Shown: positions 8,201 through 18,124, counted from the stretch's first letter. The stretch is 24,563 nt of DNA from a virus (IMGVR_UViG_3300031695_000028:1-24563), one strand, 5' to 3'. Program-made: numbers and translations. The notes: generated by a model not told the origin, from the letters alone.

Positions 8201-8645
8201 ACATGTATCGTATAAAGAAGGAGTGCGATCTAATACAGCCACCCGTTTAGATATTGACAACACGCCCTCATCTTACGAGCTTTCTAACATGGGTATTCTT
8301 GCAGATAATCTTTTTGAGCCTTTAAGGAAGTGGGCATCTGGACCAATAAAAATTAATTCTTTTTATAGATCTCCAAAATTAAACACCGCTATTGGCGGAA
8401 GCAAATCAAGTCAGCATTGTCAAGGACGAGCAATAGATATAGACGATACTTTTGGACATAAAACAAATGCAGAGATGTTTAATTACATCAAAGAAAACTT
8501 AAGCTTTGATCAGATTATTTGGGAATTTGGAGATAACAATAACCCTGATTGGGTACATGTTAGCTATGTGTCAGAATCCGAAAATAGAGGGAGAGCTTTA
8601 CTAGTTAAGAAAGTAAAAGGAAAGAATACTTATCAAGCAATATGA
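8184..8645 (+). CDS. Peptidase M15-family Zn peptidase, probable endolysin (start at 8184 or 8178)
   Basis: INSFYRSPKLN.AIGGSKSSQHCQGRAIDI (SxH-x6-D) and WVHVSY zinc-ligand motifs. Adjacent to a holin-like gene. Confidence 0.9.
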   Translation: MDKISKHVSYKEGVRSNTATRLDIDNTPSSYELSNMGILADNLFEPLRKWASGPIKINSFYRSPKLNTAIGGSKSSQHCQGRAIDIDDTFGHKTNAEMFNYIKENLSFDQIIWEFGDNNNPDWVHVSYVSESENRGRALLVKKVKGKNTYQAI

Positions 8646-9136
8646 GTAGGCCAAAGAAAAAATTTGGACAAACAACCGTAGGCAAACTTCTAAAAGGAGC
8701 AGTAGGTTTAATTAACCCAACCCTAGGAAGTTTAATCCAAGGAGAGATGTCTGTAGAGCAGGTAGTGTCTTCTATTAAAAATTCTGACGTACCACCAGAA
8801 GACAAGATAAAAGCGCAAGAGATGGTCTTAGAAGCATATCAGGCGGAAGTAGAAGATAGAGCAAGCGCTAGACAAAGAGAGATGGCAGCATTGTCCTCTG
8901 GGTCAGAAGATATACTATTTAAAACAGTAGGATGGGGAATAACATTGTGTTTTGTAGGCGTTATAGCTGGAGCTATAGGTTTATGGGAAATTCCTGAAGA
9001 GTCCCAGCGATTATTTGACATGGCTTTTGGTGCGGTAGTCGCTGCATTTACACAAGTCATTGGATATTACTTTGGATCTTCAGTAGGAAGTAAGCAAAAA
9101 ACAAACTTGATGAACGGCAAAGGAACTAGCGAATAA
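8642..9136 (+). CDS. Putative holin / membrane protein
   Basis: Soluble helical N-terminus (EVEDRASARQRE), two hydrophobic segments (VGWGITLCFVGVIAGAIGLW; MAFGAVVAAFTQVIGYYFGSS) and a basic tail. ATGA overlap with the endolysin. Confidence 0.7.
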   Translation: MSRPKKKFGQTTVGKLLKGAVGLINPTLGSLIQGEMSVEQVVSSIKNSDVPPEDKIKAQEMVLEAYQAEVEDRASARQREMAALSSGSEDILFKTVGWGITLCFVGVIAGAIGLWEIPEESQRLFDMAFGAVVAAFTQVIGYYFGSSVGSKQKTNLMNGKGTSE

Positions 9137-9166
9137 TCATTCGTGTAGCTGCCTTTAAATTATTTG

Positions 9167-9174
9167 TATCTTTA
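9167..9174 (+). promoter_or_regulatory. Bacteroidota-type -7 promoter box variant (TATCTTTA)
   Basis: One mismatch to TAnnTTTG, intergenic, 22 nt before ATG 9197. The 12-mer TTGTATCTTTAT recurs at 19021-19032. Confidence 0.5.
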
Positions 9175-9196
9175 TCCTTTAATCAAATCAAATCAA

Positions 9197-9421
9197 ATGG
9201 ATATAAGAAAAATATCTGTAGGTCCCGACTATAAATCAGGGGCTATGCATTACCTAACAGGACAAGAGGTGTTGGGAGGCAGTTACAAAATTCATTTACT
9301 ACAGCACGACACTATTAATGACTCTTTTAAAATTTGGATAGAAAGAGACAAAGAGGTTGTTCTATGGAAAGAGTTTAAGTCGAATATTCCAGTGTCAATT
9401 GAATATAATATAAACTTCTAA
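9197..9421 (+). CDS. Hypothetical protein (74 aa, MDIRKISVGPDYKSGAMHY...)
   Basis: ATG at 9197 follows an (AATCA)3 leader. The track's TTG start at 9164 lies in the promoter-like motif. TAATG overlap with the next gene. Confidence 0.8.
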   Translation: MDIRKISVGPDYKSGAMHYLTGQEVLGGSYKIHLLQHDTINDSFKIWIERDKEVVLWKEFKSNIPVSIEYNINF

Positions 9422-9984
9422 TGAACTCACCTAAAGATTTCATAGTTGAACCTTTCGAAGGAGGTCGCTATAAAAACACAAAAAACATATCGGGATTGGA
9501 TTTTATAACAAGCTCTTCTGAAGAAAATCATAAAGCATCTAATAGGATTGCTAAAGTTATAGCCACTCCCTTAAACTACAAAGGTCCTATAAAAAAAGGA
9601 AACTTATTAATTGTTCATCATAATGTTTTTAAGTTCTATTTTGATATGAGAGGAAGAAGGCGTAGTGGAAAAAGTTATTTAAAAGATGATTTGTTTTTGG
9701 TTGATAATGATCAGTTCTATATGTACAAACAAAAAGGCGAATGGCATAGTCATGATAGGTATTGTTTTGTAGAGCCTATAGATAAAGAAGAGTCTTTTTT
9801 GTTTAAGAGGTTTAAAGAAGAGCCGCTAATGGGAAAGATGAAGTATCCGAACGAGTATTTAATGTCTAGAGGCGTAATGCCAGGTAGCAAAGTAAGTTTT
9901 AAACCGGACAGCGAATATGAGTTTGAAGTCAACGGAAAGAAATTATATAGAATGTTTGATCATCAAATATCTTTATTGTTATGA
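9421..9984 (+). CDS. Tandem GroES/Cpn10-like protein
   Basis: Two halves each follow the GroES pattern: (D)F/C-hVEP...G/AKh...hKxG/PG..h.h. The second ends EFEVNGKKLYRMFDHQI, resembling the GroES C-terminus. Recognised by eye only. Confidence 0.6.
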   Translation: MNSPKDFIVEPFEGGRYKNTKNISGLDFITSSSEENHKASNRIAKVIATPLNYKGPIKKGNLLIVHHNVFKFYFDMRGRRRSGKSYLKDDLFLVDNDQFYMYKQKGEWHSHDRYCFVEPIDKEESFLFKRFKEEPLMGKMKYPNEYLMSRGVMPGSKVSFKPDSEYEFEVNGKKLYRMFDHQISLLL

Positions 9985-10451
9985 CAAATTTAATACTAGA
10001 TAATGCTATATCCGACCCGGACAGTTATGTTAAGGAAATATTAAGTGGAGATTTTATAGATGTTCCGGACGGAGAAAAAGTTTTTAAAGGAATACAAATA
10101 AGAAAAGATGATGAGTTACAGCAAAAAATAGAAAAAACATATCCGGGGTACAAAGTGGTATATAATTTTGTGAGACAATCTCCCGAAGGACAGGCAGAGC
10201 CGAACTACATTCATAGTGATGAAATGATGGGAGATAAAACTGTTTTGTTGTACTTAAATAAAATTAATCCAAAAGGTGCGGGAACTACGCTGTACGATTA
10301 TGACAATCCCATGTGTATTTTTTTTGCTAAATACAATCGTCTAGTGGTTTTTGATTCTTATATTCCTCATTCAAGAAATATTTTTAATAATTTTGGAGAG
10401 GGTGATAATTCAAGGTTAGTACAAGTAATGTTTTTAAAAAAAATAACATGA
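9981..10451 (+). CDS. 2OG-Fe(II) oxygenase superfamily protein
   Basis: IHSD (HxD), LLYLN, GTTLY, KYNRLVVFD..IPHS (distal His) and RLVQVMF (2OG-binding Arg). Confidence 0.85.
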   Translation: MTNLILDNAISDPDSYVKEILSGDFIDVPDGEKVFKGIQIRKDDELQQKIEKTYPGYKVVYNFVRQSPEGQAEPNYIHSDEMMGDKTVLLYLNKINPKGAGTTLYDYDNPMCIFFAKYNRLVVFDSYIPHSRNIFNNFGEGDNSRLVQVMFLKKIT

Positions 10452-10726
10452 GTTCAGAGTTATTAAAAGTACAGATTATAGAGGCAGGTCGTAGGGCAGT
10501 CGAGCAGCTTATAAAAGTTGCTAAGGAGGATATAATAAAACCTGATCCCGAAGATGATATAGCAGCGGATAAATTAAAAAATGCAGCAGCTACAAAAAAG
10601 CTAGCCATATTTGATGCCTTTGACATACTAAGTAAAATAGATCAAGAGCAGGAAAACATAGATGCTTCTGTTAATAATGTGCCAACTCAAACAAAACAAG
10701 GATTTGCTGAAAGAAGATCAAAATAA
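10448..10726 (+). CDS. Putative terminase small subunit
   Basis: 92 aa helical protein directly upstream of and overlapping terL. The assignment is positional. Confidence 0.5.
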   Translation: MSSELLKVQIIEAGRRAVEQLIKVAKEDIIKPDPEDDIAADKLKNAAATKKLAIFDAFDILSKIDQEQENIDASVNNVPTQTKQGFAERRSK

Positions 10727-12950
10727 ATTATATTATTCTTTAAAGGATTTTATTCCTCAAAAGGTAATGACTCAAAAAAACAGAGGCAAAACCTGGTTGT
10801 ATGGATACAACGAAAGATTTGATTTTATTGTAATTTCTAAAACAGGAATAATTAATGAAATCATAAATATAAATGGTCTTAATATTGGATTACCGAATAC
10901 GCCAGAAAATATAGCCAAGGAAGATTGTGAGCCTTCTAGTCAATATTGGTCTAGAGAAAACCTTCCTAAAGAATTATCTAGAATGGTATCGATCTTTCAG
11001 TGGAACGATATGCCGGTGGGGTTTAAAAATAAATGGGTTGATTATATAGAAAGTGAGTTTGATAGGAGAGAGTTAGGGCATTGGTTTTATAATAAAGGAA
11101 TACCTACATATATAACGGGATCACATTATATGTATCTTCAATGGACTAGTATTGATGTTGGATATCCAGATTTTAGAGAAGCCAATCGAATATTCTTTAT
11201 TTACTGGGAAGCATGCAAGGCAGACAAGAGGTGTTTCGGATTAGACTATCTTAAGATAAGAAGGTCAGGTTTTTCTTTTATGGGCTCCTCAGAGTGTGTA
11301 AACACAGGAACTCTAGCAAAAGACGCAAGGGTTGGAATACTTTCGAAGACTGGATCAGATGCTAAGAAAATGTTTACCGATAAGGTTGTTCCTATCGCCA
11401 ATAGACTTCCTTTCTTTTTTAAACCCATACAAGATGGTATGGATAAACCTAAAACAGAATTAGCTTTTAGAATACCAGCGTCTAAGATTACCAAAAAAAA
11501 CATGTATGATACAGTTGCTGACGAACTATATGGCTTAGACACTACAATAGATTGGAAGAACACAGACGAAAACTCCTATGATGGTGAAAAGTTATTGCTA
11601 TTAGTTCACGATGAAAGTGGTAAGTGGATAAAGCCTAACAATATATTAAATAATTGGAGGGTAACTAAGACCTGTTTAAGGTTAGGGAGTAAAATTATAG
11701 GCAAGTGCATGATGGGGTCTACTTCAAATGCATTAAGTAAAGGAGGGTCTAACTTTAAAAAGTTATTTGAAGACTCAGATATTTCAACACGAAACGCTAA
11801 TGGCCAGACTAAAAGTGGAATGTATTCTTTGTTTATTCCGATGGAATGGAACATGGAAGGGTTTATTGATAAACATGGATGGCCTGTATTTCATGCGCCA
11901 GAGAAAAATATGCTAGGAGTCGATGATGAGATGATATCAAATGGTGCGATAGACTATTGGGAGGCCGAAGTGGAGTCTTTAAAAAACGATGCCGATGCAT
12001 TAAATGAATTTTATAGACAGTTTCCAAGAACAGAGTCTCATGCTTTTAGAGATGAAAGTAAATCATCTTTATTTAACTTAACTAAAATATATCAACAGAT
12101 AGATTATAATGATTCTTTGATATTGGAGCATCATGTAACTCAAGGTAAATTTTATTGGAAAAATGGTGTAAAAGACTCCGAAGTAATATTTACACCAAGC
12201 AACAAGGGAAGATTTAAGGTTTCATGGATGCCCAATAAAAACCTTACGAATATACATAGTGTTAAAAACGGAACTAAGTATCCACTTAATGAGCACATTG
12301 GAGCATTTGGATGTGACTCATATGATATATCAGGAACCGTAGGAGGAAGAGGATCTAATGGTGCGTTACATGGATTAACAAAATATAGTATGGAAGAGGC
12401 TCCAAGTAATGAGTTTTTTCTAGAGTATGTTGCTCGACCAGAAACTGCAGAGATGTTTTTTGAAGAGGTTCTTATGGCATGTATATTTTTTAGTATGCCC
12501 ATTCTTATTGAGAACAATAAGCCAAGGCTTCTTTACCATTTTAAAAACAGAGGGTACAGAGGGTTTTGCATGAACAGACCGGACAAGCATTTTAATAAGC
12601 TATCTAAAACAGAAAAAGAATTAGGAGGTATACCTAATACTTCTGAAGATGTAAAGCAATCACACGCGGCAGCTATAGAATCTTATATAGAAAAACACAT
12701 TGGCATAGACTTAGATAGTGTGGGGGAAGAAAGCAAGGGAATGGGTAGTATGTATTTTGTTAGAACATTAGAAGATTGGTCTAGGTTTGATATTACGAGT
12801 AGAACACAATATGATGCTAGTATCAGTTCGGGCCTAGCAATAATGGCAAATCAAAAATCCTTATATTTACCTGAGCAAAAACAGTCGAAAATAAGTCTTA
12901 ACTTTGCTAGATATACTAATAGTGGAAATTATAGCGAATTAATTAAATGA
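10662..12950 (+). CDS. terL: Terminase large subunit (start codon uncertain: 10662, 10677 or TTG 10704)
   Basis: Walker A variant LKIRRSGFS, Walker B LLLVHDESGK, coupling motif GSTSN, nuclease GCDSYD and C-terminal YDASISSGLA. Followed by the portal gene. Confidence 0.93.
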   Translation: MLLLIMCQLKQNKDLLKEDQNKLYYSLKDFIPQKVMTQKNRGKTWLYGYNERFDFIVISKTGIINEIININGLNIGLPNTPENIAKEDCEPSSQYWSRENLPKELSRMVSIFQWNDMPVGFKNKWVDYIESEFDRRELGHWFYNKGIPTYITGSHYMYLQWTSIDVGYPDFREANRIFFIYWEACKADKRCFGLDYLKIRRSGFSFMGSSECVNTGTLAKDARVGILSKTGSDAKKMFTDKVVPIANRLPFFFKPIQDGMDKPKTELAFRIPASKITKKNMYDTVADELYGLDTTIDWKNTDENSYDGEKLLLLVHDESGKWIKPNNILNNWRVTKTCLRLGSKIIGKCMMGSTSNALSKGGSNFKKLFEDSDISTRNANGQTKSGMYSLFIPMEWNMEGFIDKHGWPVFHAPEKNMLGVDDEMISNGAIDYWEAEVESLKNDADALNEFYRQFPRTESHAFRDESKSSLFNLTKIYQQIDYNDSLILEHHVTQGKFYWKNGVKDSEVIFTPSNKGRFKVSWMPNKNLTNIHSVKNGTKYPLNEHIGAFGCDSYDISGTVGGRGSNGALHGLTKYSMEEAPSNEFFLEYVARPETAEMFFEEVLMACIFFSMPILIENNKPRLLYHFKNRGYRGFCMNRPDKHFNKLSKTEKELGGIPNTSEDVKQSHAAAIESYIEKHIGIDLDSVGEESKGMGSMYFVRTLEDWSRFDITSRTQYDASISSGLAIMANQKSLYLPEQKQSKISLNFARYTNSGNYSELIK

Positions 12951-15382
12951 AAGAAGTTAAAATAAATATTTCCTCTGTAGGATTTCCCAGTCAGTTTGCG
13001 TCAGACGCAGAAAAAAAAACTGAAGAATTTGGGCTACAGATAGGACAGGCAATTCAATACGAATGGTTTAGGAAAGATTCAGGTGGCTGTAGATACTATA
13101 GTCAGTGGAGAGACTTTAACAGATTGCGACTTTATGCTAGAGGAGAGCAGTCTGTAGCTAAATACAAAAACGAATTAGCTGTAGATGGAGATTTATCTTA
13201 TTTAAACTTAGACTGGACTCCCGTTCCTATCCTTCCAAAATTTGTTGACGTTGTTGTTAACGGAATGGCGGAAAGAATATTTAAAGTAAAAGCATACGCT
13301 CAAGACGCATTGTCTCAGGCAAAAAGAAGTAAGTATCAAGAAATGATAGAAGGTCAGATGGCAGCAAAAGACCCCTTGATAACTTTACAAGAAGCAACGG
13401 GTGTAGATCCTTTTACTATGAATCCTGATGATTTGCCTTCATCGGACGAAGAGTTAAGCTTGTACATGAATCTTAATTACAAGCCCGCTATAGAAATAGC
13501 TGAAGAAGAAGCAATAGACACTATGTTTGCTGAAAACCATTATGAAGATATTCGCAAGAGAATAGATTATGATCAAATGGTGATTGGTGTAGGTATGTCG
13601 AAACATGAGTTCCTTCCAGGAGCAGGAGTAAAAGTTTCATATGTTGATCCTGCTAACGTGGTATACAGTTATACTGAAGATCCTCATTTTAAAGATTGTT
13701 TTTATTGGGGAGAGATTAAAACAGTAGCCATGACTGAATTGGTAAAGATTGATACCACTCTTTCAAAAGAAGACATGGAAAAGATTTCTAAGTATAGTCA
13801 GAGCTGGTATGATTATTATAATACAGCTCAGTATTATGAAAATGATATTTTTTATAGAGATACATGCACTTTAATGTATTTCAATTATAAGACAACAAAA
13901 AAAATAGTATATAAAAAGAAAATTTCTGATACAGGAGCAACAAAGATGATTGAAAAAGACGATTCTTTTAATCCTCCAGAAGAAATGCTTGAAGAAGGAA
14001 AGTTTGAAAAAATAGAAAAAACAATAGATGTCTGGTATGATGGAGTAATGGTTATGGGAACCGATATAATTTTAAAGTGGGAGTTGGCAGAAAACATGGT
14101 TAGACCTAAGTCTGCTTCTCAGCATGCAATACCTAATTATGTGGCTGTTGCTCCAAGGATGTACAAAGGAGTAATTGAATCTTTAGTTAGACGAATGATA
14201 CCTTTTGCTGATCTTATTCAGATGACTCACTTAAAGTTACAGCAAGTAATTGCAAGGGTTGTTCCTGATGGAGTATACATTGATGCAGATGGATTAAATG
14301 AAGTAGACCTCGGTACGGGAGAAGCTTATAACCCAGAGGATGCGCTGCGTTTGTATTTTCAAACAGGTAGTGTAATTGGAAGAAGTTATACTCAAGAAGG
14401 AGAATACAATCAAGGTAAGGTCCCTATAAAAGAACTGACCTCAAACTCTGGAGCCTCTAAAACACAAATGTTAATTTCCAACTACAATCATTACTTAGAC
14501 ATGATACGGTCAGTAACAGGGTTAAATGAAGCTCGTGATGGATCATCGCCAAACTCTGATGCTTTGGTTGGAGTTCAAAAACTAGCAGCCTTAAGCTCTA
14601 ATACAGCTACCCGCCATATATTAGACGGAGGTCTTTACATATATCGTACGTTAGCCGAAGCGCTAACATATAGGGTAGCTGATATTTTAGAGTACGCAGA
14701 CTTTAAAGAAGACTTTATAAACAAAATAGGAAAGTATAATGTAAGTATTCTAGGAGAAATATCCGACTTGTATATCTATGACTTTGGTGTCTTTATAGAG
14801 CTATCTCCAGATGAAGAACAAAAAGCAATGTTAGAGCAAAACATTCAAATGGCTTTATCTAAAGGAGATATAAATTTAGAAGACGCAATAGATATTAGAG
14901 AAATAAAAAATCTTAAACTTGCCAATCAACTTCTAAAAGTAAAAAGAACTGCGAAAGAAGAAAAAGATGACCAGAAAGAAATGCAGAAACAAGCCATGGT
15001 ATCGCAGCAACAATTAAAGTCTCAAGAAATGGCAGGGCAATTAGCAATGCAGACAATTAATTTAGAAACAGAGGCAAAGTTAAAGTACAAGCAAGGAGAG
15101 ATGCAGATGGAAATGGAAAAAAACAAAATGGAAGCTCAATTAAAAGCGCAACTAATGCAACAAGAGTTTTCCTATAACATGCAGCTTCAAGGTATAACAG
15201 AGTCTCAGCTCTCAAATAGAGAAACGGCAAGAGAAGATGGAAAAAGTAATAGGATAAGCCAACAAAACACAGAACAGTCAAAGTTAATATCACAACGAAA
15301 AAATAACTTGCCACCTCAAAATTTTGAGTCGAATGAAGACTCGTTAGATGGTTTTGACCTTTCTGAGTTCAGTCCAAGATAG
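12947..15382 (+). CDS. Portal protein (large, crAss-like)
   Basis: 811 aa directly after terL. PILPKFVDVVVNGM, VTGLNEARDG and a long Q/E/K-rich C-terminal coiled coil (barrel). Confidence 0.88.
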   Translation: MKEVKINISSVGFPSQFASDAEKKTEEFGLQIGQAIQYEWFRKDSGGCRYYSQWRDFNRLRLYARGEQSVAKYKNELAVDGDLSYLNLDWTPVPILPKFVDVVVNGMAERIFKVKAYAQDALSQAKRSKYQEMIEGQMAAKDPLITLQEATGVDPFTMNPDDLPSSDEELSLYMNLNYKPAIEIAEEEAIDTMFAENHYEDIRKRIDYDQMVIGVGMSKHEFLPGAGVKVSYVDPANVVYSYTEDPHFKDCFYWGEIKTVAMTELVKIDTTLSKEDMEKISKYSQSWYDYYNTAQYYENDIFYRDTCTLMYFNYKTTKKIVYKKKISDTGATKMIEKDDSFNPPEEMLEEGKFEKIEKTIDVWYDGVMVMGTDIILKWELAENMVRPKSASQHAIPNYVAVAPRMYKGVIESLVRRMIPFADLIQMTHLKLQQVIARVVPDGVYIDADGLNEVDLGTGEAYNPEDALRLYFQTGSVIGRSYTQEGEYNQGKVPIKELTSNSGASKTQMLISNYNHYLDMIRSVTGLNEARDGSSPNSDALVGVQKLAALSSNTATRHILDGGLYIYRTLAEALTYRVADILEYADFKEDFINKIGKYNVSILGEISDLYIYDFGVFIELSPDEEQKAMLEQNIQMALSKGDINLEDAIDIREIKNLKLANQLLKVKRTAKEEKDDQKEMQKQAMVSQQQLKSQEMAGQLAMQTINLETEAKLKYKQGEMQMEMEKNKMEAQLKAQLMQQEFSYNMQLQGITESQLSNRETAREDGKSNRISQQNTEQSKLISQRKNNLPPQNFESNEDSLDGFDLSEFSPR

Positions 15383-15383
15383 C

Positions 15384-15403
15384 AAAAAGCATATTGCTTT
15401 TTT
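15384..15403 (+). terminator. Weak hairpin after the portal gene
   Basis: AAAAAGCA-tat-TGCTTTTT immediately after the TAG stop. AT-rich stem. Confidence 0.4.
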
Positions 15404-15406
15404 GTG

Positions 15407-15414
15407 TAAATTTG
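15407..15414 (+). promoter_or_regulatory. Bacteroidota -7 promoter box (TAAATTTG)
   Basis: Exact TAnnTTTG match, intergenic, 21 nt before ATG 15436. Confidence 0.6.
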
Positions 15415-15435
15415 TAATAAATCTAATCTAATCAA

Positions 15436-16581
15436 ATGGAAATTAAAGTAAAAGAAGTAACAGATGTAGTTGAAAAGTCAAAACAAGAAATTGAAAATGA
15501 CCTTTTAAAAAAACATGAAGAGTCTCAGGAAGGCAATAAAGAAGTTGTGCAAGAAAAAATTGTAGTGGCTGATTCAGAAGAACCTTCCGAAGATAAGAAA
15601 GTTGAAGAGGTTTCTGCAGTAGAAGAAACAGAACCTGAAACTAAAGACATAGCTTCTGAGTTAACAGAAGAGGAAGTTCTTTCATTTATTGGAAGTAGAT
15701 GGGGTGAGTCGGTAAATTCTCTAGAAGAATTAAAAACACGTCGTGAAGAGGCAGAGCCTTTAGCGGAAGATGTTGCGGCTTTCCTTAAATACAAAAAAGA
15801 AACAGGACGAGGTATAGAAGATTTTGTAAAATTACAACGAGATTTTTCTGACATGAATCCTGATTCTTTGCTAAAAGAGTACTTAACCGTTACCGAAGAA
15901 GGTTTAGATCCAGAAGATATTGAGATGTTGATGGAGGACTATGATATTGATGAAGAAGAAATGGAACCGGGAGAAGTTAAAAAAATAAAATTAGCAAAGA
16001 AAAAAGTTATTGCTAAAGCAAAAAAGTTCTTTAGAGAACAGCAGGAATTATACAAACAGCCTCTTGAGTCAAGGGAAAGTTCAGCTACTGCTTCTGAAGA
16101 ATTAACTGCTTATAAGCAATATGTAAATACCGCTAAGACCCATCAGGAGGAAGCTAGTCGCCAACGCGATTGGTTTATGAAGAAAACAGAAGAGGTATTT
16201 AGTAATGAATTTAAAGGTTTTAAGTTCAATCTAAATAACGAAGAAGTTTTATTTAACCCTGGGAGTTCAATGGATTTAAAAAAGGCCCAAGAAACACCTA
16301 TGAATTTTGCAAAAAAATACTTAGATGAGAAAGGACTTTTAGTAGATCCGGAAGGATACCATAGGTCTCTAGCGATTGCAATGAATCCTGATAAGTTTGC
16401 TCAGTTTTTTTATGAGCAAGGACAATCAAATGCTACGGAGGATGTAATACGTAAGACTAAGAATATTAATATGACTGAGCGTACTGCACCTGAAGTTTCA
16501 ACAAAAGGAGGATTTCAAGTTAAATCAATTTCTCAGCCTTCAAGTCGAGGGTTAAGAATTAAAAGTGTAAAACGAACTTAA
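15436..16581 (+). CDS. Acidic scaffold-like head assembly protein
   Basis: Very Glu/Lys-rich, with a disordered-looking N-terminus. Lies between portal and major capsid genes. Confidence 0.65.
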   Translation: MEIKVKEVTDVVEKSKQEIENDLLKKHEESQEGNKEVVQEKIVVADSEEPSEDKKVEEVSAVEETEPETKDIASELTEEEVLSFIGSRWGESVNSLEELKTRREEAEPLAEDVAAFLKYKKETGRGIEDFVKLQRDFSDMNPDSLLKEYLTVTEEGLDPEDIEMLMEDYDIDEEEMEPGEVKKIKLAKKKVIAKAKKFFREQQELYKQPLESRESSATASEELTAYKQYVNTAKTHQEEASRQRDWFMKKTEEVFSNEFKGFKFNLNNEEVLFNPGSSMDLKKAQETPMNFAKKYLDEKGLLVDPEGYHRSLAIAMNPDKFAQFFYEQGQSNATEDVIRKTKNINMTERTAPEVSTKGGFQVKSISQPSSRGLRIKSVKRT

Positions 16582-16601
16582 TATAAATTAAATATAACAT
16601 T

Positions 16602-18056
16602 ATGGCTGGACAAGTAAATATTGCCCCAACTTTCGCGTTGACTCCGAGTTCCGAAAGAACTCCGACAACTGAAAACTACATAACAAACTTTGACTTTTTA
16701 AATCAGTATCTTCCAGATACTTACGAGAAAGAATTTGAGCGTTATGGAAATAGAACAATCTCTTCTTTTCTACGTATGGTAGGAGCTGAGATGCCTACTA
16801 ATTCTGACCTTATCAAATGGGCAGAACAAGGTAGATTACATACTAAATATACTGCAGTAGGAACTGCGGCCGTTGCTGGTACTGGTAACCCAACGTTTCA
16901 AGTAAACGATGTATTAGACCCAGTAACTTCTAATCAAGTGGTAAGAATTGGACAAACTGTTGCTATCGTGCAAAACGGAGGCGGTGGAATGAACAAAGCA
17001 GTAGTAACTGCGGTAAATAACGGTGGTGGAGCAAGAGGACAGTTTACTGTTGCTTGTTACGAAGCAGCTGGATTAATTGCTGCAGGAACAGGCGTAGGTA
17101 ACTCAGATGTAACAATATTTATCTATGGATCTGAATTTAGAAAAGGAACTGCAGGAATGCAAGGTTCTCTTGAAGCTAATGACTTTATTTTTAGCAACAA
17201 GCCTATTATCTTAAAAGACACTTACACAGTATCTGGATCTGACATGGCTCAAATAGGATGGGTTGAGATTACTACTGAAGATGGTGGAACAGGATACTTA
17301 TGGTATTTAAAATCTGAGCATGAAACAAGACTACGTTTTGATGACTACTTAGAAACATCAATGATTGAGGCTGTACCTGCTGAAACAGGATCAACTGCTG
17401 CAACAGCGGTAGGAGATGGCGGAGCTGCACCAAATGGTGGTGGTTCAGATGGTATTTTTTACGTTGTACAACAAAGAGGTAATGTATGGGACGGTGGAAA
17501 CCCAACTGTACTAGCTGATTTTGATAATGTAATAAGTAGATTAGATAAGCAAGGAGCAATTGAAGAAAACGTTTTATTCGTTGATCGTCAGTTTGCTTTT
17601 GATATTGATGATATGTTAGCTGCACAAAACTCTTACGGAGCGGGTGGTACTTCATATGGTCTTTTTGATAATGACGAAGAGATGGCGTTAAACTTAGGTT
17701 TCACAGGATTTAGAAGAGGTTACGACTTCTACAAGTCTGACTGGAAATACCTAAATGACCCAACAATGAGAGGTGGACTTCCAACAGGAGCAGGATCAGG
17801 ACGTGTGAACGGACTACTTGTACCAGCTGGATCAACTAGTGTTTACGACCAAGTACTTGGTAAAAATGCTAAGAGACCTTTCTTACATGTTAGATATAGA
17901 GCTTCTGAAACAGAAGACAGACGTTACAAAACTTGGATTACTGGTTCAGCCGGTGGTGCAGCTACTAGTGATGTTGATAACATGCAAGTAAACTTCTTGT
18001 CAGAAAGAGCTGTTTGTACTTTAGGTGCTAACAACTTCTTTATCTTCCAAGAGTAA
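16602..18056 (+). CDS. Major capsid protein (HK97 fold, crAss-like)
   Basis: 484 aa after the scaffold-like gene and followed by a hairpin. IKWAEQGRLH E-loop entry, GF.GFRRGYDF, and C-terminal FLSERAVCTLGANNF. Confidence 0.88.
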   Translation: MAGQVNIAPTFALTPSSERTPTTENYITNFDFLNQYLPDTYEKEFERYGNRTISSFLRMVGAEMPTNSDLIKWAEQGRLHTKYTAVGTAAVAGTGNPTFQVNDVLDPVTSNQVVRIGQTVAIVQNGGGGMNKAVVTAVNNGGGARGQFTVACYEAAGLIAAGTGVGNSDVTIFIYGSEFRKGTAGMQGSLEANDFIFSNKPIILKDTYTVSGSDMAQIGWVEITTEDGGTGYLWYLKSEHETRLRFDDYLETSMIEAVPAETGSTAATAVGDGGAAPNGGGSDGIFYVVQQRGNVWDGGNPTVLADFDNVISRLDKQGAIEENVLFVDRQFAFDIDDMLAAQNSYGAGGTSYGLFDNDEEMALNLGFTGFRRGYDFYKSDWKYLNDPTMRGGLPTGAGSGRVNGLLVPAGSTSVYDQVLGKNAKRPFLHVRYRASETEDRRYKTWITGSAGGAATSDVDNMQVNFLSERAVCTLGANNFFIFQE

Positions 18057-18067
18057 TAGAGTGAATT

Positions 18068-18093
18068 TAATGGGGGTGTAAAAGCCCCCATTA
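18068..18093 (+). terminator. Hairpin after the major capsid gene (likely leaky terminator or mRNA stabiliser)
   Basis: TAATGGGGG-tgtaaaag-CCCCCATTA, a 9-bp perfect stem. No clean U-tract. Confidence 0.65.
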
Positions 18094-18124
18094 TTATTAT
18101 AAATTTTAAATTAAATCTAATCAA

